A DNA stretch of 64,000 nt from Pristiophorus japonicus (Eukaryota). Numbering within the stretch: position 1 is the stretch's first letter; each line of letters starts with the position of its first letter. The notes below the pieces were generated by a model that saw only the letters and a program-made list of their open reading frames with translations, made no database searches and had not been told where the DNA came from. Positions 48,592-60,991 of the stretch are shown here, piece by piece. A program made the translations under genes and the position numbers. The DNA lies in contig NC_091994.1 in the NCBI RefSeq assembly GCF_044704955.1, positions 25,606,001 to 25,670,000 of the forward strand. Reading direction: 5' to 3'.

Positions 48592-48940
48592 ATCATAGAT
48601 TCATACAGCAGAGGAGGGGGGCATTTGACCATCATGCATGTGCCTGCTCTTTGAAAGAGCAATCTAAGTACTCCCACTCACACCCCTGCTCTTTCCTCGC
48701 AGCCCTGCAAAGTTTTCATTTTCAAGTATATATCCAATTCCCTTTTGAAAGCTACTATTGAATCTGCTTCTACCACCCTTTCAGGCAACGCATTCCAGAT
48801 CATAACAGCTTGCTGCCTTAAAACTTCCTCAGCTTTCTCCCCTAGTTCTTTTGCCAATTATCTTAAATCTGTGTCCTTTGATTACCAACCCTCCTGCCAG
48901 TGGAGACAGTTTCTTCTTATTTACTCTATCAAAACCTTAT
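48592..48940 (-). mobile_element. CR1 3' fragment
   Basis: catagattcatacagcagaggagg tail; accctttcaggcaacgcattccagatc encodes the reverse of IWNALPERVVEA. Confidence 0.8.
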
Positions 48941-49595
48941 CTATTCTGAGAAGATTATATTATGTGCAGATTCCATAGAATCCAATCTATTCATTTCACT
49001 TTGCATTAAAGATAAATATATATTTTTATTCTAACAATAAGTCTAACAATAAGTCATTATATTTTAGTGATTATACTGTTTTAAACGGTTAACCATGTGT
49101 TGCACAGAGAGTGCCCTACAATATCTAAGCTCCATTATATCGCAATCTCACTTCCACGCTGAACATGATCGGACAATTTGGCGAACTCACGTTATCCTCC
49201 CCCATACCCTTCAACCTCATTTGCAGTCATTGCAGTTTCCAGTGCACATATGTGACAGTTATTCCTTGTATTAGCTGCTAACATATGCTGTACTTGTCCT
49301 GATCCTTTGGTTCCAATGCTAGACCTGGTGTCATTCCGTGCAGACTGGGTCAGTTCAAGGGATTCGATGTGCATCCCATCACAAGGCACATTTCCTCTGT
49401 GAGATAATAATGTAAAAAAATGCATCCATCATTTCTTTTTTACAGAATTCTTTGCACTTATTTGCTTGTAAAATGTAGAAGTCACCCTTACGCATTATAA
49501 ACAGGTTGAAAGGCTGTGCTCCACACACAGCAGGAAGGAGGAAAGCCACACTGCTTGTTTTTTTCAAGACAAATATAAACTGGAAATAAAACATT

Positions 49596-50322
49596 GGGGG
49601 AAATTGACTATCGGCCCGCTTGGGGCGCTAATTTGTAAAAGATTGAAACGTTAGTGCCAGGCACTAACGATTTCAAACTTCTAAACAATTTGCCATTTTG
49701 CACTCCAAGAAGGAAATGGAGTGCTAGATCAAGCTCCACTTCCTTCTTAGAGTACAATTGGCAGCAGGCGGGGCGGTGAGTTCAGCAGCGTTGCACACTG
49801 GGCCGTGCAGCGCTGCCGCGTTCAAAGGCTTCTTCCCTCCCTTAAAGGGAATGGCCATCGCTGCAGGCTCTGCAAAATAAAAAGTACCTACCTGGACCAC
49901 CATGGCAACCGCGATCCCGCGCGACCAGCCCAACATTCAAGCAGAGTGCCGAGCTGATCGATCGTGGGCAGGATCCCGTGAAAAAAACTGGAACAATAAA
50001 AAAAAGATACTTAAAAAAAAAAAAGTCTTCTTACCTTGCCCACCTCAGCCCCCAATCTTCGCCCCCGAAGCAGCCAACCACCCGATGCATACCGCCTGTA
50101 GCCGCCGGTGTTTTCGCCCGGTGCTGCTGCAGGGGGCGGGGCGATGCGCACGGCAGATAATGTCACGGTCTCCAGGCGAAGGAAATCGGGGTGCAACGGC
50201 GTAGCACCGCTGCAAGACTCCTGCCGAATATGGTGGGAGTCGATGCCAGCGCCACGCCCGGTCGCAAAGCCATTAGCGCCCCGTTAGTGCGCGAGGCGCA
50301 AAAGGCACCCAATTCCGTCCCC
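49596..50322. mobile_element. Non-autonomous PIF/Harbinger-like element
   Basis: TIR-like gggggaaattg ... caattccgtcccc; CpG-rich; layout similar to 6958-7640. Confidence 0.7.
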
Positions 50323-51081
50323 TAGGTCCCAACTGTGTAGGATGCTGGGTTTTTTTTATACTGTAATTGTCAATGATCAATGTAGCTCCAGTTATAAGCA
50401 GCACGCAGAAACTGGAAATATCATTCTTAACAGGATTAGAAACCATTAAAGAGACAAATGAACAATTGCACCAGTGCATTCAGCCCAGAACAATTTATGA
50501 GCAGAGCAACAAACAACTCATCTGATAACATTTATTTTTAATCTGCAGGATTTTATTAGGCAGCCTTAGAATACATTTTAGTAAGAGGGCAGTGCAGTGG
50601 AGCCCCATTGTACTGCTTTATGGAATGGTTGGTCGTGGATTTGACCCCACGTTCTTCTGAGTTGTCAGTCTCAACTATTCCAGCACGGTGAGGCGCTGAG
50701 TTGTGTTGGAAACCCGCGCACGATCCCATCGCGCCACCGTTGGTGTTTTGTGGGTCGCAGCGCCAGTGCTACACATCGATCTACTTTAGGTTTGCAGCAG
50801 CTGTTCAGGAGTGAGCGGTGTAAAGTTATGGTCAGATCTGTGGACACGACCTTCTGTTATACTCCCCACACACCTCGGTTCATCAATACAACACATTTAT
50901 AAATGAAACTAGGTTGAGCAAAGCAGGAGGGTATAAGGCCTGGCTATTGGCTTCCTCAATGGCTCCACTGCTAAAACCAGTGATTACTTGCGCCATACTC
51001 GCCGGGACGATGCCAGGTTCAATCCCAAGTCTGTGCTGACTTACCTCATTTTAGCCAAGGCAACAGTAGAGGAAGCAATTT

Positions 51082-52218
51082 GGTCATTAAATCACTCCTG
51101 CCCTCCATCATATTGCAAACCTTCCCCTGCGTTCGGGGAAGGGCAGAAAAGAAGTAAAGGGAAGGCCTGTGATCGGGTGGAAGCCAGGAGTGATTCAATG
51201 ACAAAAGGTATGATCGTACAAAGCAAAAGGAGATGGTAATAGAACAAGTAAAGAAACAAGAGATGAATCTAGAAGAAGAGGTATAAATCACCAGCAGCCA
51301 TGTGAAAAAATAGGGGCAGAGGTTATGGTTTGAATTTTTTTTTCAAAATTCATTTTGAATGTGGGCGTCGCTGGCAAGGCCAGCATTTATTGCCCATTCC
51401 TAATTGCCCTTGAGAAGGTGATGATGAGCCACCTTCTTGAACCACTGCAGTCCGTGTGGTGAAGGTACTGTTGGGGAGGAAGTTCCAAGATTTTGACCTA
51501 GCAACGATAAAGTAATGGCGTCAAGTTAGGATGGTGTGTGACTTGGAGGAGAACTTTCAGGTGATGGTATTCCCATGTGCCTGCTGCCCTTGTCCTTCTA
51601 GATGGTAGAAATCGCGGGTTTGGGAGGTGCTGCCAAAGAAGCCGTGACGAGTTGCGGCAGTACATTGTTGAACTCAATGTGGAGTCCAGAGGGCTGTAAA
51701 GTGCCTAATCAAAAGATGAGGTGCTGTTCCTCGACTGTACATTGAGCTTTGTTGGAACAGTGTAAGAGGCCGAGGATGGAGATATCGGAGTGGGAGTGGA
51801 GTGGAGAATTAAAGTGACAGGCAACCAGAAGCTCGGAGTCATGCTTATGGACTGAACCGAGGTGTTCCACAAAGCGCTCACCCAATCTGTGCTTGGTCTC
51901 CCCAATGTAGAGGAGACTGCATCGTGAGCAGCGAATACAATTTACTAAACTGCAAGAAGTACAAGTAAATCACTGTTTCACCTGGAAGGAATGTTTAGGG
52001 CCCTGGACAGTGGGAAGGGAAGAGGTAAAAGGGCAGGTGTTGCATCTCCTGCGCTTGCATAGGAAGGGGAGGGAGTGTTAGGGGTGATTAAGGAGTGGAC
52101 CAGGATGTCGCGGAGGGAGCCATCCCTTCGGAATGCTGAGAGGGGAGGGGAAGGGAGTGTTTTGCAATCTTTTCTGTTTGTATTTCAGATTTCCAGCATC
52201 CGCACTGTTGTATTTTAG
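51082..52218 (-). mobile_element. Penelope-like retroelement fragment with GIY-YIG endonuclease remnant (~51665-52000) and inverted pseudo-LTR piece
   Basis: Minus strand reads FQVKQ*FTCTS..VNCIRCSRCSLLYIGETKHRLGERFVEHL..VACHFNS..EEQHLIF*LGTLQPSGLHIEFN; inverted repeat 51084-51105 vs 51178-51202. Confidence 0.88.
51335..51663 (-). mobile_element. LINE 3' end (same family as 37468/42997) inserted in Penelope
   Basis: Poly-T then atgtgggcgtcgctggcaaggccagcatttattgcccat; Penelope sequence resumes at attgttgaactc. Confidence 0.85.
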
Positions 52219-53349
52219 ACGGGGAAGTAACATTGGCCTTGCCAATGGATTATGGATGAGAAGATCAGTCAGGTCTACCATTCCCAATCGCAATCCAACA
52301 GCTTCTCCTGCAAGTGCCTGTGAGGATCTTGGGTCAGGACAGGATCAGGCTTTGCTGGGGTCTAATAGTCTGTTGGTGCTCCCTGTCTAGGCTCACAGAT
52401 AAAAATTGGCCACTTGGCTAATGTACTGGAGGGCATAGAACAGCATCACAGCATGGAGTCAACACCTCCGTGTTTTCTTTACAGGTGAATGAGGGGAAAA
52501 TTGGCAGAAAAAATAATTAGGAAAAATGAAAAGCACTATTCCCGCCATTCAGCTGCTGTCGAACATCCCTCCAGAGGGGTTTTGGCAGGAGTTATGTAAA
52601 ATTAAACAGCATTTAGAGAATTTAAAACCAAAACATGTCTGTCACTAAGTTTGACTTCACATGCTGGAGCCCAGGTACCCTAACTTGTAGAAATGTTACT
52701 GTGAAAGAGGCCAACTGTTGCAGTAAGACAGTCGGCATTTAGCCACCATGTTTTTCTCACACCGCAGATTCCGCAGTGGAGTCTGGCAGCGTTTACAGTG
52801 GCAGGAGGCAATTGAAATTAATAAATCTGATTTAATTCAAAACTCACCAACAAGCTCAACGTTGTGCAGTTCTAACTTCGAAAAAAGCAGAGCTAGATCA
52901 ACCAAAGCTATTGACGACAGTAAATAAGAATGAGGAGACCATCGAAATGTTATTTACTTTTTTTAAATTAATCTGTTTTTGAAATATTTTCATGACATTT
53001 CTTCTTTCTTCACATCAGATTGGCTGTGCCTGATCCCACAGAGAGTCTGGGAATGAAAACACAGTCTGATCACCATAGCAACAGTGTTGGTTTGTGCCTG
53101 TGGATGACGACAGCAGTATTGGAGTAGCATTTACCATCGTGAGGCGTCTGAATAATTGTACTAAGAATATGAATAATAATTGATTTGTCTCAAACACAGG
53201 ATATTCATATAAAAGTTTCTTCAGGAAGAGATCTCGTGTTTGAAATTGTCCAGACTCCTACTATTTAAAATGCACGGTGCACTTAAATTTTGCCACCATT
53301 ACTGATATACAAGTCAACCTCTAGAAGGATAAGCATTTTAAAGTATCTA

Positions 53350-53680
53350 ACAGAGTGAATCTGAGTTAGTTGATATCATCCAGGTCAATGGGACATTACA
53401 ATTGGCTTTGTGGGTGCTGGGCCATGCGAGAGATACATCAGTAGGCTTCCTGCCCCCGTTTGTAATCCTGTGGCAGCGGCTGAATATTGGGAAAGTGTGG
53501 ATGCCAGGTGAGGATTGCGCACTGTTCTGATGCCCTCCAGAGTTGAATAGCCTGTCAAAATTTACTGTCTAGGCTGACATATGAAGACCTACCAAATTGG
53601 CGAGATATCGGTGGGCAATTAATGCTGGAACCAAACAACAGCATTAATGCACCCAGGAGAGGAGGGAAGTAAACAGGAAA
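53350..53680 (+). mobile_element. LF-SINE-like element (diverged)
   Basis: gagttagttgatatc..tacaattggc..ggtgaggat..gaatagcctg..actgtctaggctgacatatgaaga..caggagaggaggg. Confidence 0.65.
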
Positions 53681-53829
53681 TAAGATCAGTGATGAAAATA
53701 CTGTCACATAACAAATGTTGCTCTATTAACTTAAATAACAGGGTTTTCAAAAGGTAAAATAAAGATCAAAGGAACAATATCAAAAGGACTTCACATCCAA
53801 AGTCTTCCTTCAGTTGAGAAGACCAACTG

Positions 53830-53960
53830 TGGGGAGTCGAGGGATATGGGGAACAGGCAGGAAAATGGAGTTGAAGCCAAGATCAGATTTTATTGAATGG
53901 CGGAGCAGGCTCGAGGGGCCATGTGGCTTACTCCTGCTCCTATTTCTTATGTTCTTATGT
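53830..53960 (+). mobile_element. CR1 3' tail fragment
   Basis: gaatggcggagcaggctcgagggg..ctcctgctcctat(ttcttatg)n. Confidence 0.85.
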
Positions 53961-55085
53961 TGTGCTGATTTTATGATTAGCCTCTTTACAGAAATCTCAT
54001 TTGAATAAGAACCAAACTTCTAAAGTCAAGTAAAGCTTTACAGGTTCTGAGCTGAATTTGTGTTACTTTGGGCAGCAGAGCATCTGCTCAATTATGCTTA
54101 GCACTTTTTACTTTAAATTTAAAGAACACTACCCTTCCTAAAATCAGTATATATATATATCTGTAAAATGTGTCCCAACTATAAAGTTAACAAAGAGACT
54201 GCAGCAGAACTCAGTCTGCTCAGTCTCCTGGAGCTTATAATGACAAAAGCATTAGCTGAAAAATATCCTCTTTTGAAACACTTTGGTAGGCAAGGCCCGA
54301 CAACTCAGAAATCAATTTGCTTTCGGTTTTCCAACGTTAAGTTCAGTTTATGTTGAATAATGCTGTCCAGGCTGCCCTGCATGCTCACTAATACTGAGCC
54401 ACAATTCTCTGCAGGTACCTGTCCCTTCCTGTACATTAATGAAAAGGATTGTCATAACTTTTCAGCTCAAAAATAGGCTGCACAGCAATTCGTGGCATAT
54501 CAAGTCATTCTCTTAACCCTTATCCTGGCACGCAGGAGAAAGGCGTGTGACATTTTCCATAGGATGGTTACATCAATATTACAGTATCTCTGGGGCTTTA
54601 GCCACTACTTGTAATATTGACAGTTGAAAGATTATGAGAAAAAAAGCAGTCGCTCAATGTGTTGGCCTATTGCACGGATAGTGTGCTTGCAATCCTTTGA
54701 GGATTCTGCTAGCATTTCGAACTGCATCAAAAATGTAATACAATTTTCAGTTTTATCGGAGAATATTCATAAGGAAGGGATGCTCTTTGTGCTGCATACT
54801 TTATAGTTATTGCTGAAATACTTAGCTTTATCCTTCATTTTCAGTTCTCTCGCATATTAGTTGGTGAAACATATTTGTGTTTAACCTTCAAAGTATATTC
54901 AGCACATCAAGCACCAAAGATTCTTACTACAGCGTTCACTTAATCATCATCATACAACTTAAATGAGAAGATTAGCCGTCATAATGTGCATGTGTTTAGC
55001 CATTTTTTGTTCTCTTTACCTTCTTATGCCTCTCTTTATGTGAGAAAGCAATGTGAATTAACCCTTTTAGTACTGAAAGATATTA

Positions 55086-55285
55086 GCCTAGAAATTACTG
55101 TTTGAAATATTGGTGCACAAAGGCTTAAAGCATTTGTGAGACGTTCCTCAGTCTGCTATTTTAACAGAGGCATGGTTCCATTTAAAAATGAATGAGTTTA
55201 TTCCTCCATTAAAATACCTGAGATAGGAATGTCACAAACACATTTAGCATGAATTCACAAATATCACAAACAGTACTTTCTAGGC
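55086..55285. mobile_element. 200-bp palindromic Tourist/Harbinger-type MITE with TTA TSD
   Basis: TIRs gcctagaaattactgtttg / caaacagtactttctaggc (1 mismatch in 19); tta at 55083-55085 and 55286-55288. Confidence 0.85.
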
Positions 55286-57659
55286 TTATATCAGCTGTTA
55301 AATTCTGATTTGTGTTCCTTCCCTCAGTTTGGAGATCAAGCTACTTTGATAAAATGATGAAACGTAAATCAAAAATGTACAAATGTTATCTCCCAAGGAC
55401 TGTGTACATTAACAAATTGCTGACTGTAATTGTTTCTGCAAGTTTCCATTTGATTCCTGGAATGTGACTGCCAGGTTCTGCTGAACGAAATCATCACAAA
55501 CTCCATTTTGATTTGAAGAAATTGAGACTTACCAGAGTTTGTCTGGAGCAAAGCCTGTTTAGATTGATGTGCTCAGATTAGTCGAGTTCGGTTCAGTACT
55601 CACCCACATCACGCAGCAGCTGAAGAAATGATTTTCTATAACTTTATAATGATGAATGTTGGAAGGTAGAATTAGAAAAAAATACACAGAACCAAAGACC
55701 ATAACCGATCGTATTTTGGGGGAATAAACTGACAGTTTATAAACTTCTAGTGTGATTGACTTTGGCAGAAAACTTCAATTGTTCTCCTCAAAAGGAAAAT
55801 GAAGAAGTGGGCGACTTGGAAATTTTATATAAAATGATTCATTAAGAAAAGTAAAAATAAATAGAATTAATAAAATATGATGAAACCTTGAGTTACAATG
55901 TGAAAAATATATGATTGATGACTTTTGTATTTTTCTCTTCAACCAATTTATCACAAAATAAGAGCAAGTACTTTTTCATTTCCCACAGTAAAACTGTGTA
56001 CTGTATTTTTATTTTGTTTTGCCTTCTAGGACTTTATCAAGGTAACTGTTTTAAAATGTATGTTGTGCATTTGTTTAATTGTGATTTAGAAGTTTGTCTA
56101 ACGACATGTGACTGGAGTTTCCTTTCAAGTAAACCTGTCTGCACTCCCAGCCCAGGTGCTTTCCATTACACTTAAAATCCTAACAACATTTGTGTTTCGG
56201 GCAGTATTTCACTCGTACATGTACATAAATTTATGTAGCGCCTCATATGGTTGCTTTTAGTGGTAGCTACATTTTCATTATTACACGATTTTACTCCTAT
56301 TCCAACAGTCATAAAAAAAAGCTATTTGGGCCGGACTTGTGAAAAAGAACATCTAACTTCGATTTCCTTGGTTTTGATCAACTGCCAAAGTCCGCAGAAC
56401 AGAACCAGACCACATTTGCCCTCACTTCCTCAGGTGTACACATGTGGAGACTTATGCCTGGGTGCCATGTGTGCGCCTGTTGAACAAATCACCGGCATTA
56501 GATTGATCTGGAGATCATAGCACCCGGTCCATGCTCTGTTACTAACGGCTCTTAGACTTGGCAAGCCCTTTGTTGTCTGAAGAACAACAGCCGTGATTTT
56601 CCTTGGAGCTGCTTCCACTCTGCCACTGGAATATCGTAACTGTGGCTTCTTCTTGAGCATACGACTAAGTTACGGCAGCGGAGTGAGAGCAGGTCCGAGG
56701 AAGTTCCGGGCAAACACTTTAAAGATGACGGTTTTTGTAATAAAACCCACAAGGTTCTCAAGTTATGCAAAGCATCTTGACAAATGGTTGTCATACTGTA
56801 GTGGCATGTTTTGAATATTATCATTATGAAAAGTAATAATTTATTCCTTCAAAGCCATCCATATGAGGAACTCCTGAGCATCTATTAACCTTCAGAGGAC
56901 TGTAGCGTTATTTCATCATCAAAATACAACATACATATAGAAGGGGATAGCTGTCAGTGAATTAAAAGGCAGTAATCCAATTGAAGGGTTCAAGCCGCAC
57001 CATTAACTAACACACCAAAGTTCAAGTGGTTTGTATTTGTCAGTAGCACCCCAAGATTGAATTGCAGCCAGTAATCATCAACAGCCATCTATAACTATTT
57101 ATAATATTTAAATCTTTGATACTTTTATCAAATAATTCTCAAGCCAGTCAGTTGTTTTGATGTCAGGAAGGTTCTTAATAAAACCAATTCTGTGTAATTG
57201 AGGACCTCACAGAAAATGACTTTCATGATATAGCTCCTCCGAGATTCCAGATTACTTCACACCACGAATTATATCAATAATTACTATCCCTTACCAATGT
57301 TTATCAGTCGTGTAGCTGGCGTCATCCATTCACTTCAAAGTATCAAAAAGTGTGTAAAAAAAAAAGTGAAGTAAACGCGATCATTTCATGTTGGTTCCTT
57401 CCAACTTGGAACAGGGAATTTACAACCACCTGCCAATCTTCTAACTTCCCTCGCAGACAATGATTAACCTCTAATTGACCCAAGGATGTGCCTATTTATA
57501 GCAATTAGACTTTACCATCTTAAAGGGACAAGCCAAGTTACACACAGCTACCTCTTAGCAGCAGAATAATATAGTGTACATTGCATAATGGAGCAATTCT
57601 GTTGTTATGAATCCTCCAACTCACTGTGATCTGCCAGCAAATTATCATGATACAGTTTC

Positions 57660-57925
57660 TCAATTCATTCCCTGTTGTCTCTTAATCACTCCTGCCTTGC
57701 ACCCTATCACAGACTTTCCCTTTTGTTCTTTCCTCCCCTCCCCCTTACCCTGTCCCTACTCTTGCTTAAAAAGCTATTACATTTCTAACTTTTTCCAGTT
57801 CTGACGAAGGGTCATTGACCTGAAAAGTTAACTCGGTTTCTCTCCATAGATGCTGCCTGACCCACTCAATATTTCCAGCATTTTCTGTTTTTATTTCAGA
57901 TTCCAGCATCCACAGTATTTTGCTC
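57660..57925 (+). mobile_element. Penelope pseudo-LTR fragment
   Basis: aatcactcctgcc..ctatcacagact matches the pLTR at 51090-51200; ends gatgctgcctgacc..tttccagcattttctgtttttatttcagattccagcatc as at 52170-52200. Confidence 0.8.
57796..57834 (+). ncRNA. Minimal type I hammerhead ribozyme motif (probably degenerate)
   Basis: agtt-CTGACGA(57801-57807)-agggtc att gacct (stem II)-GAAA(57822-57825)-agtt-aact; stem I agtt/aact. Confidence 0.65.
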
Positions 57926-59144
57926 TGGTTCTCATTTTATTCGGAGTGCTCAGAGTTCAGGCAGGTTCCCATGTTTGCTTCCACAGGGCAGGACTGTCCA
58001 AACTGCAATACATGGACCACCTGTGGTTCCTAAGCCTGAGCAATCAAACCTCGAAACCCAGGTAACGCAAGCCAATTAGAATTTTTTTGATACTTGTAAC
58101 AAACAACCCTCGTGCCAGTCAGTTTGGTAGGTGTCAGGACCTCACAGATGATGATGTGATACGAGATTATTTACAACAGTAAAAATACAAATAATGACTT
58201 ATTTGCTGGCTTGTCCTGCTTGAATTTTGTCTGTCTGAAGGTTGTTGCCTCACTGGTAGATTAATACTAAATCAGAACACTAGTGTCTGTTTGTGTCTGC
58301 ACCTTGTGATGTTATGTGAATTAATAGGAGCATGAATTTAAGGATACTTCCCTGGTGTGATCCAAGCTAATAAAAAGCTTGGGTACCACTGCCCTATGGT
58401 GCTCTAATTCTGTTTTATAAAACTAATTTTGGTTTTGCTACAGAAAACATACGTCAGCAGAAACCTAACAAAGATTATCCATCACACAGAAGGTTAAGAG
58501 AATGTATCATCGTATGAACCATGAAGGCCAGAATAAAATTGTATTGATCCAGCACTGAGAAACTTTCATTCTACATAAAATACCTATTTAACCAAGTCAG
58601 TTCCTCAGCCTCGCTGAGAATATACATTGCAGTGAAGTTGTAGCTTTACAGCTTCAGCTGTGGAACCGAGAGCCCATACGATTGGCTTCCACTCTGATCA
58701 TTCCTGGACACGGCATGAAGTCCTGCAGCAAATGCTACACTAACAGCATGTTGTGCAATTAGCTATCCAAGGGCCACAATTCTGTATAGAGACAGTGAAA
58801 AGACCAATTTCCCAGCAGATCTGGGTGATAAATCAATCCAACCAATAACTGTCTGGTCAGCCAGGAAAATTAGTAGTTGTAACAGAACATCTCATCTGAC
58901 AGGAGAGGAGAAACTGACAGATGGTCTTATTCAAGTCTGCTTCCTGTGAACTGATAGCAAGTGCCTCTGACAATGACCAGAGCATCCCATCACCTGTCTG
59001 AGGTTGGATTATGTAGTTGTGGAAAAGCAACAAAACGATGCAAAAACGTGATACATTAAAAGAACATTTTAAAAGACTTGCATGGACAAAAGTTTGATTC
59101 TATCAGAGGTTGATTGTAATCTTGAGATCCAATCAGCCTAGAGC

Positions 59145-59680
59145 AATAGAATTACATAGAATTCTATCGAATTTACAGCACAGAAACAGGCCATCTGACC
59201 AATTGGTCTATGCTGGTGTTTGAGCATCGCTGGTTATAATCGCTCAACCATTGGTGGCTGTATCTTCTGTTGCCTCGACCCTAAGCTCTGGAATTCCCTG
59301 CCTAAACCTCTCTGCTTCTGTATCTCTCTTTCCTCCTTTCAAGATTTCCCTTAAAACCTACATCAACTGCCCTAATTTCTCCTTATGCGGCTCAGTGTCA
59401 ATTTTTTAAATCTCATAACACTCCTGTGAAGTGGCTTGGGACGTTTCACTACGTTAAAGGCGCTGTATAAATACAAATTGTTGTTGTTGTTGTTGTGCTC
59501 CACATGAGCCTCTGCTCACCATACTACATCTAACCCCGTCAGCATAACCTTCTCGTCCTTTCTCCCTCAGGTATTTATCTAGCATCAATGCTACTTGCCT
59601 CAACTAGTCCATGTGGTGCCAAGTTACACATACTAACTGCTCTCTGGGTAAAGGAGTTTCAAGAATAAAGCCTCTTCATT
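59145..59680 (-). mobile_element. Old CR1 3' fragment containing a plus-strand L2 tail (59222-59495)
   Basis: catagaattctatcgaatttacagcacagaaacaggccat tail; inner ctctggaattccctgcctaaacc..aaatacaaa(ttg)n. Confidence 0.8.
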
Positions 59681-60678
59681 CAACTTCAGCCATTTTCTTT
59701 TCACTGCCCACATTGAAAGGTACCAGAAAACAACAAAAGTCCATTTCGTACACAATAAAGTGCAGTGAATGCCCCTATATATGGCTTCGATACTGTAAAA
59801 TAAAGATGGCAATTTATACATGAGTGCAAACATTTTACTTCTTTCTTCACTCTGTTTCCGAACCTGTTGTCACAGCGATATGAAATTAACAATTTCTGTG
59901 GTGCCCTTTCATGGAAATGATAGGTTTATGAGGAAACAAACATGGTGAGAATTGACAATCTGGACTCGCAGCAGGCAAGGGTGAGGCCTGAGGGGATGTC
60001 TGTCTTGTGGTCTTTTAACCCACTCTGCACATCAGCAAAGTCTGATTCATCGTGAAACGATTGGAATTCAGGTACTCAGAAGCACTGGGCCACAAATCAT
60101 GTCTGTGAGAAATACAGTCGTGTCTGCCTACTGTTATCCACTGTCAGACCGGACAAAATTATAACATCATACATACAGTAACATTAGAGAACCCTTCCTT
60201 ATAAACAATTGTAAACACCTCTAAACTGTTTGAAGGCATTTACAATTTGAAGGTTAAGGAAAAAAACATTAAAAATCCAATATTTTACTGTCATTTCACT
60301 GCATTAAGGGCTATTTTTATTTTGATCTGTTTTCTCTTCGGAATTGAATCACTGAGCAATTTGTTTTTCAATGTTTTCCCGATTTGATCACATTTTTGAG
60401 TCAAACAAGTCGCCTGATGAGCACTGCATAAAATATCGAATGTCAGAGAGCATCTTGAGTCAGGCTGCTGGAGTCAGAGAATCAGGAGTGATCATCTTCA
60501 AAATTACAGCTGTCCTCAATAATTTCATGTTTTAATTGCGGCTCAGGTCGGCTCAAAGCTTTGATGGATGTTCGGGTGATCAAAGAGTCATCGACTGCGA
60601 TGTAGTCGGACTGAGAAACATCAGCAGTGATCAGTCCTGTTTGCTGAAGTTGTTCCCAAGTGCTCTATAACTCAGGAT

Positions 60679-60956
60679 TAGGACTGAGATGAGGAGAAAC
60701 TTCTTCACTCAGAGAGTTGTTAACCTGTGGAATTCCCTGCCGCAGAGAGTTGTTGATGCCAGTTCATTGGATATATTCAAGAGGGAGTTAGATATGGCCC
60801 TTACGGCTAAAGGGATCAAGGGGTATGGAGAGAAAGCAGGAAAGGGGTACTGCAGGAATGATCAGCCATGATCTTATTGAATGGCGGTGCAGGCTCGAAG
60901 GGCTGAATGGCCTACTCCTACACCTATTTTCTATGTTTCTATGTTTCTATGTTTCT
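60679..60956 (+). mobile_element. Young CR1 3' fragment
   Basis: MRRNFFTQRVVNLWNSLP; (ttctatgt)n tail; TSD aggat at 60674-60678 and 60957-60961. Confidence 0.92.
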
Positions 60957-60991
60957 AGGATCAACTTCAATTTCTTCTCACTGCACCAATG

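Larger units (their letters stand above)
51005..52510 (+). mobile_element. LF-SINE-like element split by a Penelope insertion (pieces ~51005-51080 and ~52220-52510)
   Basis: 5' piece ccaggttcaatcccaagtctgtgctg; 3' piece ggacaggatcaggct..ctgtctaggctcacagataaaaattggccacttgg..gaggggaaaattggc. Confidence 0.65.

Noticed and set aside
60405-60445. Second hammerhead (ctgatgag)
   Set aside because: No stem II followed by GAAA and no Penelope context.
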